DNA of 20,000 bases, taken from contig JYFJ02001687.1 of NCBI GenBank assembly GCA_000934665.2, positions 52,753 to 72,752 of the forward strand. Reading direction: 5' to 3'. The position numbers and the translations under genes are program-made. Under the pieces are notes generated by a model. That model was not told where the DNA came from and did not search any database. It saw only the letters and a list, made by a program, of their open reading frames with translations. The DNA is from Catajapyx aquilonaris (Eukaryota). Below are positions 1 through 9,979 of this stretch, one piece after another (within the stretch, counting starts at the first letter, position 1; each line of letters opens with the position of its first letter).

Positions 1-1629
1 GGCATCGTGGTTTTTCGTTATAAAACAAACAACCGAGATCACTTGACGCTCTAGCCGAGTGTTGTTGACACGCTTTCCCCAACATTGAGGAAAGTAAGGA
101 TTTTGGGAGTTTGTTTGAACCGGAAAGGCGGTGACTTTTCTTCTTTTGAGACCAAATCGTTAGCACTAATGGCTCTCAGATGCGAAAACCATTTGGAACC
201 ACAGTTCAAAAAGGCCCGAAGAATATTGACGCTGATGATCAAGCATCTGTCGATGTATTGTGTTTACCTCATCCGTTTAGCAGCATGTCTATTCTCAGAA
301 AATTTAAGGCTGCTCTAAGGTTGGTATTGTGTAAGTTTTCAAAAGGTGATTGAAAGTCAAAAAGTGATTCCAGTACGTTATAGTTATAGAAATGTGTCAA
401 AATAATCTGTTTATATACCATAAGTAAAGTTTATGCATATAGATTATAGGTAGGCTCTGTCAACTTTGATGAAAAAAAGTCGGGCACTGATTAATAAGTT
501 GTACATTTATTTGTGATCTGATGTCGTCTTCGGATTTGATACTAAGATTGTACATTTTCATTGTGGTAGGCCTAATATTGAAAATATTCTACATTAATTT
601 GTGCTTCAGAAATAGAGATGTTCCATTTCAAAATAGCAGTGGTTGAGGTGCTTGGAGATACAAACCATGTCTGGGTATTTCTGTATAGGAACACAATGGA
701 CTCTCTGCTGCGTTATAGTGGTAAATGTAAATGGCAAACTTTGTCGCGTGAATAAAATGTGCCATCATCTGTCCAAAATATTATAAGCAGTTGCAGCTTA
801 TAGGTAGATATCCTTTACTTATATATTTACTTTCTAACTTTTTTTTGTGCTTTTATGAACGTTTATAGTAACGCTGTCTCGATAAGTTACATTTTTGTGT
901 GTGTATGACTATGCCTATACCGTAGGTGCAGGCCTGTTAATATATATTCTACATCTCAGTGGCACATCGAGAATCTATTCCATATATTAGCTTAGCAATC
1001 ATTCGACGAAATCAGCTGCACAACTTGATGGTGGTTATTATGAGTGCATGTTAACATGCCATTATGGGACCTTATCCTGTCTCGCTGTCAAGTCAAATCT
1101 AAAATTTGGTCCATTATTGTAGCAGCGGAGACAATTAAGGTCATGAAGCATCTCGAACTTGTATATATACCATGGTGTGCATATTGCTATACAATGTATT
1201 AACTGACCTTAAAAAGCATCTGTGTAACTTCATACACTTCATAATCACGGTGGAAACAACCATTCAGATTCTAAAACGACATTTATAACTATGGTGCAGG
1301 ATCGTCTCAGATTCTAATTAAAAAAATTACTTGTACAAAAAAATTGCAAATGGCGGAAAAAGTATTTTGGTTTTTGCGTTGTTCAAATCTGAACACTACT
1401 AGAACTTGTAATAAAAGCCCACAAGAATGGCTTCTGACAGCAGGTTCGAAATAAATTGCAATTAAAATATGAGCAATGTACGAGCGATTTTCATAATTAA
1501 AATGGGTACTGCGATATAAAATAATAGCCTATAGTTAAGCACATTAACACCCACTGATGGTAAATGGCATAACAAATTTAAATATACATTTATTGAGATA
1601 TTGTAACGCGAAAGAACTGGTAAAATGTA

Positions 1630-2027
1630 CGCGTAACCAGGAATGGTGGACATCGTGGCAGTGGAATTAGACACCATGATCTCACTTCTTTGTGGACCAA
1701 TCTTAAATATGGAATAGCCATTTTGTCACACACATCGTATATTTCATATACATGTTGAGATAAAAGAAAAATTTCAATTGGAAGTAGCTTTTTCGGGCCC
1801 AAGAAAAAAATGCAATGCAAAACCTCATAAGGGAACCAGACACCAATTACTCCCAAACATAATTGCAATATTGGTTTTTTAGAGTCATCAGGGTATGCAG
1901 GAGTATATTACCTTCATATACATTGAAAAATAAAATTAATTCGATCAAAATTAACCGAGTTACAGCTGTTTTACACTGTTTTTGGCGCAGGAGTAGCAAG
2001 GTCGATGTCCACCATTCCTGGCGACGG
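1630..2027. mobile_element. Non-autonomous Tc1/mariner(pogo)-like MITE, ~398 bp
   Basis: Perfect 19-bp inverted core CCAGGAATGGTGGACATCG (1637-1655 / 2003-2021) extending imperfectly to C(G)CGT.../...ACGG ends. TA at 1628-1629 and 2028-2029 as putative TSD. No coding capacity. Confidence 0.7.
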
Positions 2028-3093
2028 TATACTTGTGATTAACTACAGAATAAAAAAAACATCTCAATATGATAATGTCATTAAGCACAGTCCATATCTA
2101 CGAGATTACATTACCGCTTCGGCAGTTTGGAAATGACTGTGATAGTTATCATATCACCATCACGGATTTCATCAAATAATGCGTGATCTGAAGCACAAGC
2201 AGTGCAGTTAGAGCTAACTGTATACTGTATATTTGCTGTTTTTCTATAACATTGCTATGCGATGATGTAGAACAAAGTATCTTTATTATGTCAAACACAT
2301 TATGCGCAAAAGATAATGCAAAAGTGTTCACGTCAAGCTCGATGTTCTACACACGACAGCAACGGACTCACAAATTCACGAAGATTTTGGCCAGATATCC
2401 TACAATTTGTTGTGTTAACACCTTCAAACAATTTGTCTTCCACTCTTTTCATGGCTTATGAGCTGATAAGAGTGTGCGTTGGACGGATATAACAAACTCA
2501 ATTTATTTTACTGGTTGTGAACCGACAAGCCGTATCAATTTTTAAGGGGATCGTATCACGAATGGATGAACCTTTTCTATTGTGCTTTTTTGTACACGAT
2601 CATTATTTATACTGCTTCCTGGTCGTCTCTTTATTTACTTACGAACTTATTTATTTATTTACCTGATGCACCATTATTTAAAAAATACAGTGAGGTATAT
2701 ATTACAGAGTGACTATACGTGCATACGTATAGGCCTAAGCAGCCTGGTCACAACTCAATCTCTCGTTTCCTCTCATTGCATTGGCCAAAAATCGGATGGT
2801 GTATGAAATGTACTAAAATTCCTTTCCTGCTTCCTTAGTTGATTGGTCATGATCGTATTTGCGCCATTTAGTAACTCTCAGGTATTCTTGTATATAGTAC
2901 ACGTGTTAACAAGTAGCTTATGTGTAGGCCTACAGGGAGCTTGATTTGGTATACCGGGTACGGACTTCCGGTAATTCTCACTCTCGAATGCCCGAAGTCC
3001 GATATGGCCATGAGTTTATAAAATTATTGGGCTGCATTATATTGTACTATTTACCAGTTGTATTAAAGTTGAGGTTTCTTCATGTGTCTCTTA

Positions 3094-3225
3094 GGCCGGG
3101 TTTCACCAAGCCCGGCTTTCATAAAAAAAACCGCAGTTCTTTCGGAAAATCCCTGCAAATATAGAATAGGGATTTTCCGAAAGAACCGGGGTTTTTATGA
3201 AAACCGGGCTTGGTGAAACCGGCCA
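3094..3225. mobile_element. Palindromic PIF/Harbinger (Tourist-like) MITE, ~132 bp
   Basis: ~60-bp arms GGCCGG(G)TTTCACCAAGCCCGG...GGAAAATCCCT and reverse complement around a 13-nt loop (3155-3167). TTA at 3091-3093 and 3226-3228 as 3-bp TSD. Confidence 0.72.
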
Positions 3226-5552
3226 TTAGGCCATCGCGGGATTCGCTTAGAAACTCCGATGTTACCGTTGTAATTAATTGCCCAACAGTTAATAATAATA
3301 ATGGTAAACTCCGGGTGCCCAGAAAAACCCGACATAGTACTAGGCCTTAAAATAATTCGCTGCTAAAAACTTGTCCTGATGCAAAAGTGTTCACTTGAGC
3401 CACATTACAAATAACTGTCGCGCATGTGCACACTTGCATGTGACTCTTCAGTTTTAAAAACGTAACTTATAGGCCTACAGTATACTATAGTGACCATAAC
3501 TGTAAATGAATATTTTCAAGCGCTAGAAGTGAGAAATAATGATGCGCCTTTCTGTATAACGTAATGGTTGTCACAGATTCATCACATGTTTATAATAAAA
3601 ACACAATGTCCTCCAATGGCAAACTGCATTCTATTCATTCTTTGCACAACTAATAGACCTTCCAAAAATTATTCCCTTTTAAAACTGTATCAACTAGAAA
3701 GAGAGCCATTGAATTTAGCGTATCGTGTCTAGGGGAAAAGGGCAAACACACCTTGAATTGGAAGTAAATGTGAGTCTAATGCGCGTGGAATGCATTTTGG
3801 ATGCTGGCTACGCCAAAAAAAAGAGGATGGTTTTTCACTAACCTTTCTATAGCCAGCTTTTTTTTTGTTTTTTGTTTTTTGCCTTTATACGATGCATAGC
3901 GGTGAGAACTCTCACCGCCATCCACCACAAGGCTCCAGATCTGATTGATCCTAGCAATATTATATATGTAGTAATTTTTTTATAATTTATAATGTTATTG
4001 GCCTAATTGTACTGTCAAGTTAACCTGGAAAACTTTGATTCCCTTGTCATTATACTGCGCAGATTATTTTACTCGTTAGTGGCAATGCGCATTTGGGGAG
4101 GGCGGATTTTACCTGATAAGGAAGCCTATGATGTGAAAGGTTTATTACGCTAGCAAGACGACTGTATATAGGTGTATGCAAATCTGTACTATTTTGGTGG
4201 ACAGCATTACATTACATACAAAATTATTACGAGAACACTCCATTGAATCACTTGCAATAAATAGTTATCAAATTATTCGAGAGCGACATTTTCAATATTT
4301 CTTCTGAGCTGCATCCAGCGTTGGTTGGTGTAGTTTTTTGGTCTAAACCATTGTTTGAGTCTCAGATATACATGTATGCGAACAAACTAGTCGTAGACAG
4401 ATATACCCTCTTTTGTAAATCCAGTTTCCGTGTTTTAACTGGTCAAAATTTTCATATTCCTTTCCCTTAGCATTTTTCTGATGGATATTGACTTATGGCC
4501 AAAATCTGAATTTTTCTATCTACAAATAAGCTTCAATGAATACGTTACACATCACGTATGATTCAGTTGACCAAATAAGTAGGCCTACTCTGCTCTTTCT
4601 GCATTTAGATCTTCAATTGGTATGGCAGTAGAAACGCATGAATACTAATAATTTATTATATCACGATTATCCGGTGAAAACATTCCATTAGCAGTCATAC
4701 AGATGAACAGATCATTGTCTATGCATAAAGCAAGTAAACATACCAGTGCTCGATATTCTAGAACAATATCGTGTGATGACGTAACATAATTCGAATAAAT
4801 ATTACCGCGACTCTAATTTAAAAAAAAAAAACTACTGCCCCAGTCATAAAATACAATTTTGCGCCTGAATGTTCCTTCATTTTTAACGGTACAAGCATTA
4901 ACACAAGGCCTACCGTACTGATTTTGTATGTTCATTTCTGAATGTGGTGAATAGGTCATATTCTCATTTCGACCTATCTGCTAAGTGGTCGCTCTTTTGT
5001 TCCGTACGTGCGAAGTCACGACATAGTTGTGAAGGATCCATTCGTTCCAACGCTAAAAGACGCTGACAGGACTGATAGGAATCTCCTCTGACTTTTGGGA
5101 AACTCCGAACATTTCCGAGAAAAAGAGCCTCTAAAGTGCCTCACACTCATCAGTCATCACGGGCACAGCAAAGAGAATAACTTTAGTCTTACTTCTTCAG
5201 ATATGCACAGGCACAAAATAAACCACGAATATCCTTATGGGAATACATCCTCAGGATACAATTTTGTCAACTTCTATATAAGCTGAATTGTTTAAAAAAT
5301 AATAATGACCACGTGCCTTGCTGCATTTCACGCAAATTTCGACGGTTCATTTGTACTAAACTATTATTCTATCGGAATCATCGAAGAACACACACCTCGT
5401 CTGCTTATCTATAGGAAAGTAACACATGCATCCATGGGCTATACTGAATCAACAAATCATGTGTAAACACTTGGGCGCTGAAAATTTATCAAGAGAGACG
5501 ATGCTGAGTCCCGAAGAAAGATTACGATTTTTAAAAAATGATGTCACCATAC

Positions 5553-5984
5553 CTGGGTCATGAGTCTGTCAGCACCGGTGCCTTCCTCATCTTTGAATAT
5601 GATGTCCGGGTTGTAATTGGGCACCAACTCCTTAAACCTGGGATCCTCCCTGCCTATCTTTCCTTCAGTGAGTCCACTGGCGCCAAGGGTGTTTTCCGAC
5701 ACATTTGGCACGTGCTGCTTGAACACTAACGGAGTCAATTTCCTCGGTGCCCTCCTCCGGCCCGCACCCCGCCCGGGGCCGCAACCAAGGGCCGGGGGAC
5801 TGAGCAACAACACTAGCACTAAGATGGCGGCGCCTCTAACACCGCCATTGCTGCTTGGCGGCCGTGGATGATGATGGTGGTAGTGGTGCCGGTGGTGATG
5901 ATGATGGTGTGGATGCATATGCAAGAGCGGGCCCAGGGGCCAGCCCAGGCCCGCTACGGCCAACCTGAGCACTTGTTGGCCCAT
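5553..5984 (-). CDS. hh: Hedgehog protein, first coding exon (144 codons: 67-aa N-terminal extension plus signal peptide, then first 77 aa of mature Hh-N); gene continues beyond window start
   Basis: Translation contains a hydrophobic [16 protein letters not shown] followed by [77 protein letters not shown], the diagnostic Hedgehog N-terminus (palmitoylated Cys codon 5783-5781, basic Cardin-Weintraub motif). First in-frame ATG is at 5984 in ACCATGG context. Exon ends CAG|GTATGG at the intron position conserved in hedgehog genes. The start codon choice is inferred. Confidence 0.96.
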
Positions 5985-6410
5985 GGTCAGCGATGATGGT
6001 CGTCTTCCTCGCAAGCGCCACCGGACGCCATTGTACACATACTCACTGGATTGCAATGGCGGATGGTCAACTGAAGCCGCCAGTCCCCGCCACCGCTGTA
6101 GGTTTGCCCAGCATCCAGCGATAATCAGCCGGCATTGCAATTAGACTTTGATCTGCTCGCTGATTGGTCGGGGCTAGTTCTGGGCCTCGGGAACACCTTG
6201 GCCAGTTGGGTCTCTAGGAGGAGGGGCCCACCTTCACCCCCCACCACCAACACCGCCTGCCACTACTACGTTCTGGCACCCACCGAACCACCCACCCACC
6301 CATCCACCACCACCACTACCATCACCAACATCACCCACTCCTGCAACCACTGCCATGGGTTTCTTCAGTACTCTTCCTCCGATGGACCACGGATCACCAC
6401 TCTCACTTGG
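5985..6410 (-). promoter_or_regulatory. Probable hh 5' leader / GC-rich proximal region with upstream ORFs and (GGT/GGGT)n low-complexity tract
   Basis: GC/CpG-rich block contiguous with the exon, dropping to AT-rich at ~6410. ATG-initiated short ORFs at 6356-6234, 6135-6067 and 6040-5987. The TSS cannot be determined from sequence. Confidence 0.5.
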
Positions 6411-6535
6411 TAAGTTGTTTATATTGTCTGTCACTTATAGGCGACAGGTCATGTTGTGTTCGGGGAATTTGCACCTGTTCTTAACCAGTACCAATAATAC
6501 CTCACACTGCATTGTCTGATTGTTGTAGGTTTCAT

Positions 6536-6571
6536 TACTGAGGTGAAACTTCATCGAAATCAAATATTATA
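6536..6571 (-). promoter_or_regulatory. Candidate core promoter (TATA-like TATAATA at about -32 and Inr-like TCAGTA, +1 ~6539)
   Basis: Minus strand TATAATA begins at 6571 and TCAGTA is at 6541-6536, spacing that fits TATA-Inr. An alternative Inr TCAGTT lies at 6622-6617. No correctly spaced DPE for either. Confidence 0.2.
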
Positions 6572-8776
6572 TCGAGAGTCAAAATGTCCACAATAATTAA
6601 TCAGCGTGCCATTGTCAACTGAGGTATCTACTACTGTCACATTTTGACGAAATTAATGTTCGTGTTTTACGTTGTTTAGTGTAGGTTACGGTCAATGTCT
6701 AGGGTGATTTTTACTCGATTATCGAGTTGTTTTCTTTTGCACTCCAGTCACATATGTAATATTGTCATTTCCTATGACGAGGCAATAAAGATATTGATAT
6801 TGGGAAGATAGGCTGTAAACACACAATCCAAATTTCATATACCGACTGATGCACCCCTAGAAGGACATGGATTATCTCTCTCTTGTCATCCCAATGGGCC
6901 AAGGGGATAACATTCCTGTTAGGGATGAGCCAACTGCAAACAAACATGCCGCTCTAGAATATTGTTCCATGCAACATAATTATGTGCTGCGAACAAGAGA
7001 GGCAGTAAAGTGTGCAGTAAAAGTACAAAAAAAGCTGTGGGTGTCCCACTGAGAAATTGCGCAATAGATATGTCGAATGAATGTCCTGCAATGTGGAAGA
7101 CACTTTTACAAGGTTGGTGGCCATCAGTGTTGCTAATGCACAGGGACCATTCAACTCTTCAGAAGCCATTGTGAGGGTCAATTACGACAGTGCCATCCAC
7201 TTTCCTACCGTTGCCCTTCCTCAAAAATGAACCAGGGGCTAGGGTGTGTATAGTATGAGAGGCAGCATGGTGAAGGTGTAATTTATTGCACTTTTGGGGG
7301 GCTTGATGCTGGACAAGTGTTTAAGGGAATGGTGGGGGCCACTTGCCTACAAACATCAACAGACAATAAAATCTTTTGGGAAAGAGTGTGGGAACCGCGC
7401 TGGCCAGCAAAGTCCAGGCTGAAGAGTTCAGAACGTGCTGGAAATGCCATAAATCACTTTCTCTCCTTGAAGAGGTTAGTAGGGTCTGTTCTTCAGAAGG
7501 TGCGTATATATGGGGCATGGTATGGCTGGACATTCTTTAGAAGACTATTGTTCGCATTTTTTCAGCGCATGTTAGGTCTCAAGTTTGTATATATTGAACT
7601 GTATTTGCCTTTCCGACTGTTATCATATACCGATATTAATGCAAGGATCTAGGTTGTTACCTCATTTTGGCAATGTGGCAACATTACTGGTCATTTTGGG
7701 TCTGCTTATTGTACACTGTAATTCATTCCGATTTGGAGACGCCGGAAATTTGTTATTACTTTTCTCCTTTCGCTGTTCCGACTTCAAAACGGAACAGGGA
7801 AAAAAGGGTTACAGATTGGATATGAACATTATGCGAACATTCCCGGCCTTATCTCAAAATTGGAAAAATTAATAGGCCGTGTGATACGACCGTTGCAATT
7901 TAACGTTACGTTTCTCTCAAGACGAGAAAAAGTGATCATGAAGTTCTGTCTCCGAGTCGGGACATAAATTACATCGTAGTCATGACCTACAGTAATATGC
8001 ATGCCTTCCATTAATCACTGTAGACTATATAGCCCACTCTTACTGTATATAATCATGTAAGCTCAAGTTAAGATCCCAATTGGTGACTAGCGCATTTAAC
8101 CAATTTAAAATATTGATAACTATACCCTATACCAATATAAACAGGTTATAAAAACTTATGACAACAACTACTAACTCATATTTCCCATCATCCTAAAGCT
8201 TGCACAATGTGGTATATGTGTATGTAATATTATTTCGCGTAATTTTAACCCTGTCCTGGCAGACTGAACCTAATAAACTTTCGCTTGAAAACACCGCCAC
8301 ACATTCCATAACCCTCTGCAAATCTAAACTGACGCCCAACAGGCCTCCTGTATAAATGTTTAGTTCATAGCTGTGAATAGAAAAGGCGCAGGTCAACAGC
8401 TATAAATTCATTCAGATTCAGAGACGAGTTATGCATAATTTTTCAGACTAAACTGCTTCTTATTTAGCATTTCAGGAGTTATAAAGTATATTAGCTGCTA
8501 ATATTAAGTTGAATATCAGTGTTATTCTAAATTATGGGAAGGTCTAAGATGATAAAATTGGTTCAACACTGACTCAGGTGGGAATGGTTCAAAATGGGTC
8601 ACTGCAATATCGTTATTTTAAAGTTCTGCGAGCCGCATTATTAATATGAGCTCCCGCCCTCAGTCACAACAATATGATATTAATCTCACAAGGAAAATAT
8701 TTAGCTTACACATCTGCAACATTCTGACCTATACGGTACATTTAACATAATCCACATAAAAATACACATAATGTAC

Positions 8777-8902
8777 ACGGAAAATGAGAGAACGATCTGA
8801 CGTCATCAAGGTATCCATGGAAATATTCTCATGGAACAATATGAGTAAACAGTGTCAACAAAGGAAGAAACGATGACGTCAGATCGTTCTCTCGTTTTCC
8901 GT
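8777..8902. mobile_element. Small foldback/MITE-like element with 31-bp inverted arms, each containing TGACGTCA
   Basis: Arms 8777-8807 and 8872-8902 are reverse complements with 1 mismatch. TSD and superfamily unclear. Confidence 0.6.
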
Positions 8903-9885
8903 ACATTACTCGTACAGTACATTCTGTGTCCAGAGAAATAAAATCATAGTTATTGCTCTAGTTTGACAGGAAGTCCCATCTCATCCTCCTTCCTGCTGGA
9001 CTAAAAATGGTCCTGCTGCCTCTGTGTTGTTGTTGTGGAAGGACCGTTAGAGCAGTAAATATAATAGTATCAGTTTGACTGGATATGTCATGTCGAACGA
9101 CTAACGGTGAAGTGAACACGGATGAAACTGTGAGCATTATTGTTGAGGCAGCCGAGAGATTAGGAGCGCCTCCCAAGGGGTGACTTTGCCGTTTCTTTCA
9201 AAGGTATACTGTACAGTCAATCCCCTTCGAGTTCCAAAATTGCAACGGCTCAGAAAACATCCTCCCTTCAAACCCCCTCCCCCCCCCCCCTCCGACACGA
9301 CATCAGTTCAATCATCTCGCATCGCATCTCGTGTATTCAACCCAATAATTGGCTTTTAACTGTAGAACAACAAAGCGCTTAACTCGGAAGATGTGGCGTT
9401 CCATGGATGTGAAGACCCTTTGTGTATATTGCCGGGACTCAAGTAGGCGGAGAGGTTTGACATTTTGAGCTCAACACGCCTGGACTGCTAGCAGGAATCC
9501 TATTAGTTGTACAGGCTTAACAGTCAAGGGATCAGGACCTAGGGTTTGCCATAGGCGCTTTGCAATTATTTAGACCTGTAGTGGTGACCGCCCAGCAAAA
9601 AAGGCAGGTTGGCCCCTTGCTGCGGAAACCAAACTTTTAAGCCTATTTCTAAATCCTGTATAATTCCGATGGGTTTCTGACACCGCTTTTTGTCGGAAAA
9701 GGGGCCAACACTAAGATTGGGGAAGTTGGCCTTATCCTGATTTTGGTACCCTTGTTTTGGGAAGACAGGCCACCACCTACTGTGGACAAGCCGCCATCAT
9801 TGTCGAAGTGATGGCATCTCGGACACGTCTTACTAAAATGCGTGCATTCCTTGAAGTTATGGAGTCGTGGTCCAGTACAGTGTTG

Positions 9886-9979
9886 GACATTATCCGAAGC
9901 GGCAGAAGAAGGAATCATGCTCGCCCGGCTTGCAGTATCCTTATCTTTGATTCCTTCTTCTGCCGCTACGGAAAATGTC
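9886..9979. repeat. Inverted repeat / hairpin, 32-bp arms (2 mismatches), 30-nt loop
   Basis: GACATTATCCGAAGCGGCAGAAGAAGGAATCA (9886-9917) vs TGATTCCTTCTTCTGCCGCTACGGAAAATGTC (9948-9979). Confidence 0.85.

Larger units (their letters stand above)
1..5552 (-). other. hh: hedgehog intron 1 (5' part; donor GT at 5552-5551, acceptor outside window)
   Basis: CAG|GTATGG donor directly after MTQ, with an in-frame stop 2 codons later. No RCKxKLNxLAISVMNQWPG-type exon 2 was seen by eye in 1-5551. Confidence 0.85.

Noticed and set aside
85..318. RCENHLEPQF resembling a THAP-domain C..HF motif
   Set aside because: The other THAP residues (CxxxxC, conserved P/W, AVP) are absent; chance similarity.
5544..5552. 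hh ORF ending ...MTQVW* suggesting a truncated Hh or pseudogene
   Set aside because: VW* is read-through into intron 1 at the conserved GT donor.
5985..6140. TTG-initiated 52-aa N-terminal extension of the hh ORF (ORF track start 6140)
   Set aside because: Non-ATG start from the ORF caller. The first ATG at 5984 has strong Kozak context and the extension shows no Hh-like features.
6135..6434. Thr/Pro-rich (plus) and Gly/Val-rich (minus) ORFs as protein genes
   Set aside because: Products of the (CCA/GGT)n low-complexity tract with non-ATG starts. Only the internal ATG uORF is kept, as a regulatory candidate.
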